From assembly GCA_034111785.1 (NCBI GenBank), contig JAWUWP010000020.1, forward strand, positions 18,735-82,734: a stretch of 64,000 bases of DNA, in the 5' to 3' direction. The DNA is from Paraglaciecola sp. GTDB taxonomy: Bacteria; Pseudomonadota; Gammaproteobacteria; Enterobacterales; Alteromonadaceae. Below, piece by piece: positions 58,611-64,000 of the stretch; positions within the stretch are counted from its first letter, which is position 1, and each line of letters opens with the position of its first letter. Position numbers and translations under genes: made by a program. Under the pieces are notes generated by a model. That model had not been told where the DNA came from and searched no databases. It saw only the letters and a list, made by a program, of their open reading frames with translations.

Positions 58611-59814
58611 TAATGTTTTCTCCTTTCCAAGCACCAAAACCAAACCATTGAATGCCTTCGGTGAGTCGCCCGGTTTTGTCATCAATCTGGCTGTCTTGTT
58701 GGATACTGGTGATAAACTCTGCTTCACTCATATATCCGTATTGTGGCGTGGTCAGTTGCAGAAAGTTGTCTTTATGGAATCCAGCGTCTGTGCATAACTT
58801 GGGGTAGCTTTGATCCCTGAAGGTTTTATAAAAGGGTTCATTGTTGTAGAAGCAATCCCAATCCAAGTAGAAGCTGTCATAGGCTGCCATTTGATCGTTA
58901 GGCGGTAATTCCATATTCAGCAACAAGCCCCCTGGTTTTAACACCCGATAGGCCTCTTTAAAAAATGCCTGAATGTCTTTTAGAGGCAGTTCGTGCAGGA
59001 ACATGGACGTGAACACCACATCAAATGAATTGTCGTCATAGGCTAAACAGGTAGCATTCATTTGCTTGAAATGAATAGGGACGGCTTGCGATTGAGCCCG
59101 CGCGCTGCCATAACGAAGAGCAGGAGCCGAAACATCTATAGCGTGGACTTCAGACTGGGGGAAAATTTTGGCCCACGGCGCCGAGTTATGTCCGATAGTA
59201 CAGCCACAATCTAAGATTTTCTCAGGGTGAAAATCAGGGTATTTAAGGCGTATGTAATTTGCCATGGACCCGCCAATATCATCTAAATTTTGTCCCATCA
59301 AATTAGCAGAAAAAATACTCAAGCCATTATCATAAATGGCACCAGCGGCAATATCGTCTGCCACGTATTCTGAGTGATAACTGCCGGGGGCAAGATGCAC
59401 ATCGACCTTAGATACGTTTTTGGGTATGGGTAAATCAGGCTGCAGGGTCAAACTACCCTGAACAGCGGATTGGTCTGCCCTAAGCCCAGCAGCCTGGCTA
59501 ACCATATCATCTAGATTTCTATCCACCATTGGGATCACCGAACGCCAGACCATCTCTTGGGCGTTGTAGCGGATGCTGCTGTAAAATTTAAAGTACAGAT
59601 CACTTTTCATCTCTTGATGCACTTCCCCACCACTCTTTGGTAGGCGACCGTGGGTTATTTGAAACTTGGGCGAGACAATATCTGTATATCTGTGCTGCAT
59701 GCTAGTCGCCATGTTCACAAGAATATGGCCTCGTAAACTGGAAACAAATTCTTGCCTAGATTTTTCATCTCGAGATGGAACAATAGACATGTGGTGTTGC
59801 AGGGTATTTATCAT
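58603..59814 (-). CDS. class I SAM-dependent methyltransferase with long N-terminal extension
   Basis: KILDCGCTIG, AIDVS, MNAT, SFDVV, MFLHE, YRVLKPGG. About 190-aa N-terminal domain with DVHLAPGSY. Confidence 0.88.
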   Translation of the reverse strand: MINTLQHHMSIVPSRDEKSRQEFVSSLRGHILVNMATSMQHRYTDIVSPKFQITHGRLPKSGGEVHQEMKSDLYFKFYSSIRYNAQEMVWRSVIPMVDRNLDDMVSQAAGLRADQSAVQGSLTLQPDLPIPKNVSKVDVHLAPGSYHSEYVADDIAAGAIYDNGLSIFSANLMGQNLDDIGGSMANYIRLKYPDFHPEKILDCGCTIGHNSAPWAKIFPQSEVHAIDVSAPALRYGSARAQSQAVPIHFKQMNATCLAYDDNSFDVVFTSMFLHELPLKDIQAFFKEAYRVLKPGGLLLNMELPPNDQMAAYDSFYLDWDCFYNNEPFYKTFRDQSYPKLCTDAGFHKDNFLQLTTPQYGYMSEAEFITSIQQDSQIDDKTGRLTEGIQWFGFGAWKGENING

Positions 59815-59825
59815 CGCACCGGCCT

Positions 59826-59916
59826 TATAAAAGAAACCTATTGGGTTTTATAAAATTACGCTTGAATGCAATATAAACCACTATTATAATCTTTCAAACC
59901 CAATATTTTTTTGTGT
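59826..59916. promoter_or_regulatory. divergent promoter region with candidate LysR binding sites
   Basis: Two imperfect dyads, TATAAAAGAAACCTATTGGGTTTTATA and CCCAATATTTTTTTGTGT, both containing CCCAATA, in the 143-bp gap between the methyltransferase and LysR genes. Confidence 0.45.
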
Positions 59917-59957
59917 ATGTGGAATGACAAAAAAATAATCCAGTTTGGAGATAGAAG

Positions 59958-60869
59958 ATGGATTTGAAACAGCTGAGCCGTTTTTTGGCAGTCGTTGACC
60001 AAGGCAGTTTTTCTGCTGCCGCACGGCATTTGAGTGTCACGCAGCAAGCACTCAGTGCCAGTATCTCTGCATTGGAAAACGAAGTGAGCCTAAAGCTTTT
60101 CGAACGATCTCCTGGTGGGATCACCAAAGCAACCGTTTATGGCAGGGCGTTAATCAGGCATGCCCGCTCACAATTTGCATCCCTTGAACGAGCCAAACAA
60201 GAATTACGGGCCATCCATGACGCCTCCTCAGGAACCATCACTATTGGTGTGGGTGAAGTGGCAAGCGACGTGATTGCAGCGGCCATTAAACGTTTACACA
60301 GTTTGCGACCCGACATTAGAATTAATGTGATCGAGGGATATTCAGAGCAATTGCTCGAGAGGCTGACAGAAGGTGAGTTTGATTTTGTGGTGGCCGGCAC
60401 AGGGGGCTTAATGCTGTCTGATCGAATTGAACAAGAGTTGCTTTTTTCAGCAAACGATATTCTTTTGGTACGTGCTGAGCATCCACTGGCAGGTAAAAGT
60501 CACTTAACGCTCAAGGCGTTACAACACTATACATGGATGGTGCCTTACACCCGAAATTCTGATCTAGAGATCATAGTAGAAGCCTTTGTGGCGGAAAAGT
60601 TGGAGCCACCTCGTCGACTGATTGGCACCGACACCTACACAATAGGCGCGCGGCTTATCTTAAATAATGACTTTATTATTATGACCTCACCGGCCTTAGT
60701 GTCTGACGAGGAAAATGGCCAAGACAGCAGATTTGCCAAGCTCGATATTGATAGGCCAACTGTGCGCCGTCATGCACATATTCTATTTTCGTCGGATCAT
60801 CATTTAAGTCCGGCAGCGGCCATTTTTTATCAAGAAATTAAAGATATCTGCTTTGAAAAAGATCTGTAA
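59958..60869 (+). CDS. LysR-family transcriptional regulator
   Basis: MDLKQL..FLAVV..GSFSAAA..L.VTQ.ALS.SI..LE.....LFER, followed by a substrate-binding domain. Confidence 0.96.
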   Translation: MDLKQLSRFLAVVDQGSFSAAARHLSVTQQALSASISALENEVSLKLFERSPGGITKATVYGRALIRHARSQFASLERAKQELRAIHDASSGTITIGVGEVASDVIAAAIKRLHSLRPDIRINVIEGYSEQLLERLTEGEFDFVVAGTGGLMLSDRIEQELLFSANDILLVRAEHPLAGKSHLTLKALQHYTWMVPYTRNSDLEIIVEAFVAEKLEPPRRLIGTDTYTIGARLILNNDFIIMTSPALVSDEENGQDSRFAKLDIDRPTVRRHAHILFSSDHHLSPAAAIFYQEIKDICFEKDL

Positions 60870-60974
60870 TTACATAGAAAATCACTAATACTAGATCAAT
60901 ACAGACTCTTGTAAGTGTCATACATTCGCCAGTCACTGTAATGCTATAACGGCAACTGGTTAAAAAAACCGCTT

Positions 60975-62075
60975 TTAAAGCTTAATCAATATGCGTTTTT
61001 TATAGAGCAGCAAAGCAACCAAATAAAATAGAGCGACAAAGAATGTCGCGTATACAAGCGACGCCAATTTGTCGCTCATGACAGTTTGCAAGTTGCTCAC
61101 TATCCAGACTTGAATTGAGTGGGTTTGTGGGCCAATAGTGACGGTGTATCTGTTCAAAAACACGGCAAAAAGCCAAGCGGTAACGTAGATAAAAATAGGA
61201 TTACTGCCATATATTTTTAACCCTTGCAGGGCGATATTGATTCCAGGTATCTGCCAGCACACTATGATCAAGGCCAGACTAAAACAAGCCGCTGCGCTGC
61301 TCACTAAGACAAAAGAGCCCGTCCATAGACCTTTATTGATTGGCTGCCAGACCGACCAACCTAAGCCTATTGCAAGTAACACCAAACCCACCACCAGCAG
61401 CTGTAAAATTTGTTGTCTCTGAGTTTTGTGTTGCAACACTTTACTACAGATCAAGTAGCCGCTTAAGACGGTGATACTGGCGCCAATAGTGCTTAGCAAT
61501 CCTTCTGGATCGAAGGGCAAACCTTTGCCTTGCCACATATGAGAGCTACCGAGTATCGCCATATCAAGGTGCCGCACAAGGTTATGCTCAACAGAGAATG
61601 CAGACTCGCCCACCGATAGCAACAACAGCCAATAAGCGCTTAAAACAAGCACAGCAGTCAACAACAGCCAGCGCTCTTTTATTATGTTGAGCATGATGGC
61701 CACTAACAAAAAACACAAACCAATACGTTGTAGAACACCCATTATCCGCCAAGTCTCTGGCCCTTGATCTAAGGGTATAATTTGCAATATAAAGCCAATA
61801 GTAAAGAGCATAAAGCTGCGCTTAAGCACCAACAACCAAGGTAAGCCCGACTTTTCTATTTGGTCCTTTAGCGAACATGCCATAGAGGCGCCCACTACAA
61901 ACAAAAAGAAGGGAAACACTAAATCCGTTACAGTCAGCCCATGCCAGTGGGCATGTGAAAGAGGCCCATAAACAGCTGACCATGAACCCGGGTTATTGAC
62001 CAATAACATCAGCGCCAATGCGAGTCCTCGCAAACCGTCAATGGCTTCAATGCGTGTGGTCATCGGCTGGTTCAT
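60975..62075 (-). CDS. nagX: NagX / heparan-alpha-glucosaminide N-acetyltransferase-like membrane protein
   Basis: RIEAIDGLRG..MLLVNNPG, H..WHG.T.TDLVFPFFLF.VG, GVLQRI, FDPEGLLST, PINKGLWT. Downstream of the GH20 gene. Confidence 0.85.
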   Translation of the reverse strand: MNQPMTTRIEAIDGLRGLALALMLLVNNPGSWSAVYGPLSHAHWHGLTVTDLVFPFFLFVVGASMACSLKDQIEKSGLPWLLVLKRSFMLFTIGFILQIIPLDQGPETWRIMGVLQRIGLCFLLVAIMLNIIKERWLLLTAVLVLSAYWLLLLSVGESAFSVEHNLVRHLDMAILGSSHMWQGKGLPFDPEGLLSTIGASITVLSGYLICSKVLQHKTQRQQILQLLVVGLVLLAIGLGWSVWQPINKGLWTGSFVLVSSAAACFSLALIIVCWQIPGINIALQGLKIYGSNPIFIYVTAWLFAVFLNRYTVTIGPQTHSIQVWIVSNLQTVMSDKLASLVYATFFVALFYLVALLLYKKRILIKL

Positions 62076-62106
62076 CTGCAGATCTGCTTATATGCCCTAA
62101 CCACCA

Positions 62107-63999
62107 CTAAAGGGTGGCCTTTGACAAAGACTGTTCCCGGCTAGTCACTTGGGTATTAGGTATTTTGGCGCGCAACCGAATATCGCTCTGTGACTGAAGT
62201 TTCACAGGGTTTTCATATAGCTGCCAGCTTTGCCCATCTATTTGATATTCGAGTTGTAATCCACTAAAAGCGGAATGCATATGCAGCATTCCTGCTGTTA
62301 TTATCGCACCGGGTAGCGGTACTCTTGGTTCGATGCCATCTTTCACCAATTGCGCCATGGCTTTATTGCTCAGCACCTCAGTAAAGCTAAGCCAATCTGC
62401 CATCATGGCATTTTTTTGTGTTGTATCGAAGTGTCTAGTGTTAGCTGAATAGGACACGGCTTTTTGGTATGGCTCTGACCATTTTGCACTATGCCAAGCC
62501 CGTTCGGCTACCGCCAATAGACGGGGGAAAAGCATATAGTTGGCCTGAGCGTTTGAGCGCACACTTTCACTCCATAGCTGAGCCTGGATACCCAAAATTT
62601 GTTGATTGTCTTGAATATCGATACTTGCCTTTGCTTGATAATTTTTACCCAAGTTATCTTTCCAAATCTCAGCATGCACCGCTAAGTTATTAGGCATAAA
62701 TTGAAAGACTTGATAACTGTCGGTAAATCTCGATCCCCAGTAGTAACCGGGTTCAATAGGATCGGCTTCGTATGGAAAATCGAAATACAGCACGTCTGGG
62801 GTCGACAATACCACTTGCCAGCCCTTATTTATCATTTCGTGTACTTTAGTGTGCCCCTGGTGATAAAGCGTGTCCCAGCCATTGGATTGTAATTTTTCAG
62901 GTAAGTTTTCAGCCTTTGCATGAGATATTCCGTCACTCCAGGCGGCGGGAACAATGCCCATTTCACTCACATCGTTTGCCACTTTTTCTATAAAATAGGC
63001 ACCCAGTTGTGCGGCCTCAGTGAGCGTGTCGTTTTTGGCGATCAGTGCGGCGCAAGCGGGTGAGCCTTGCCATGCACCCGCAGTCTCATCTGCTCCAATG
63101 TGATAGCGCTGCAGCGGCACCTCAGCAGATTTGTGCATATGGATCAATTGCTCAAGCACTGTTCCTACAAACCTATAAGTAGCAGGTAAGCACGGATTGA
63201 GTGTGTTGTCCTTGTAATGTTGTATGGAACTATATTCGCTTTCATCCCTAAGCTCTGTTAAGAAGTATTCTTGTGCCTGAACGGGCTTTTTTTCCATCAT
63301 TAGGCGCTGGTATCTGGCGTTCATCGAAACAATCGCTGCCCGTGAGTGCCCCGGCATATCTAAAGAAGGGATGACCTCAATTTGTCGAGCATCCGCATAT
63401 TGCAAAATTTCAATGTAGTCACTGACGCTATAATAGCCACTGTTTTGTGTGGTTGCGGCTAACTTGCCATCACCACCAGCCAACTGCGGCATAAGGCAGC
63501 GTTGCTCGGACTCATCAAAGCATCGAAATGCGCCTACCTCAGTGAGTTCCGGTAAGGACCTAATTTGTAATCGCCAGCCCTCATCATCGGCTAAATGCAA
63601 ATGTAATTTATTAAGTTTGTAATAGGACATTTGATCTAGGGTTTGTAAGATAAAGTCCTTGCTACGGAAGTTCCGCGAGACATCAATATGTAATCCGCGA
63701 AATGCCATGCTGGGTTGATCTTTGGCTGAGCCAAGTGGCAGGGAATTAGTGTTTTGATCGTAGAGTTGGGCGATAGACATCATGGCATAATAAAAACCTG
63801 CAGAGTCGCCATATTCAATCTTTATTGAATCCTGTGTTATAAACAACAGGTAGCTCTGAGGCGATAAATTTTTATGCGCCAAGGCTTTTATTGTTAAGCC
63901 TTGGGGGCTAATTGATAATGCGTTGGCATTAAATCGCTCAGTGACTGCAAAGGCGAAGCTGGCGGTTGGCATATGGGGTAATTGAATGCCCTTGGCAAG
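62107..63999 (-). CDS. GH20 beta-N-acetylhexosaminidase (5' truncated by window edge)
   Basis: FRGLHIDVSRNF, KLNKLHLHLADDEGWR, IPSLDMPGH, YHIGADE, YFDFPY, GIQAQLWSE, FPRLLAVAERAW. Frame stays open to the window end. Confidence 0.95.
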   Translation of the reverse strand, partial: LAKGIQLPHMPTASFAFAVTERFNANALSISPQGLTIKALAHKNLSPQSYLLFITQDSIKIEYGDSAGFYYAMMSIAQLYDQNTNSLPLGSAKDQPSMAFRGLHIDVSRNFRSKDFILQTLDQMSYYKLNKLHLHLADDEGWRLQIRSLPELTEVGAFRCFDESEQRCLMPQLAGGDGKLAATTQNSGYYSVSDYIEILQYADARQIEVIPSLDMPGHSRAAIVSMNARYQRLMMEKKPVQAQEYFLTELRDESEYSSIQHYKDNTLNPCLPATYRFVGTVLEQLIHMHKSAEVPLQRYHIGADETAGAWQGSPACAALIAKNDTLTEAAQLGAYFIEKVANDVSEMGIVPAAWSDGISHAKAENLPEKLQSNGWDTLYHQGHTKVHEMINKGWQVVLSTPDVLYFDFPYEADPIEPGYYWGSRFTDSYQVFQFMPNNLAVHAEIWKDNLGKNYQAKASIDIQDNQQILGIQAQLWSESVRSNAQANYMLFPRLLAVAERAWHSAKWSEPYQKAVSYSANTRHFDTTQKNAMMADWLSFTEVLSNKAMAQLVKDGIEPRVPLPGAIITAGMLHMHSAFSGLQLEYQIDGQSWQLYENPVKLQSQSDIRLRAKIPNTQVTSREQSLSKATL

Positions 64000-64000
64000 C

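Noticed and set aside
58611-58727. Longer 136-aa version of the small protein
   Set aside because: It overlaps the methyltransferase by 125 bp. The ATG at 58610 has a GGAG RBS and a typical short overlap.
49023-60900. Cluster as a mobile element (ICE, prophage, transposon)
   Set aside because: No integrase, transposase, tRNA target or flanking direct repeats were seen.

Overview
Chromosomal window from a marine gammaproteobacterium; gene content and order suggest Alteromonadaceae, Paraglaciecola/Glaciecola-like (inference). The left half is mostly core: hexR-pyk, rsmI/lpoA-yraN-diaA-dolP, rplM-rpsI-petABC-sspAB, yejK/yejL-yejM, rlmA, a tricorn protease and a branched-chain amino acid catabolic (ivd/mms) operon. 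The right half is accessory: signalling genes, a chemoreceptor-porin pair, a wax ester synthase, an amidohydrolase, an ~11.6 kb LysR-linked uptake/catabolic cluster of unknown substrate (49246-60869) and the end of a GlcNAc locus (GH20-nagX). The best candidate for an undescribed system is that cluster. It encodes an atypical SAM methyltransferase with a small partner, a membrane protein, a TonB-dependent receptor, an OYE/Fe-S flavoenzyme with a non-canonical active site, a HapK/RedY-like protein, an SDR, an MFS and an NCS2-like permease. A pyrrole/tetrapyrrole-type substrate is my hypothesis only. Other highlights: a Fur-box-controlled two-gene unit with a FagA-like protein, a 42-bp perfect palindrome, an 8x7-bp tandem repeat in a Rieske oxygenase remnant, and five pseudogenes, two with deletions that look microhomology-mediated. 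I saw no tRNA, rRNA, CRISPR array, transposase or integrase. All family assignments come from motif recognition by eye; no database search was run.
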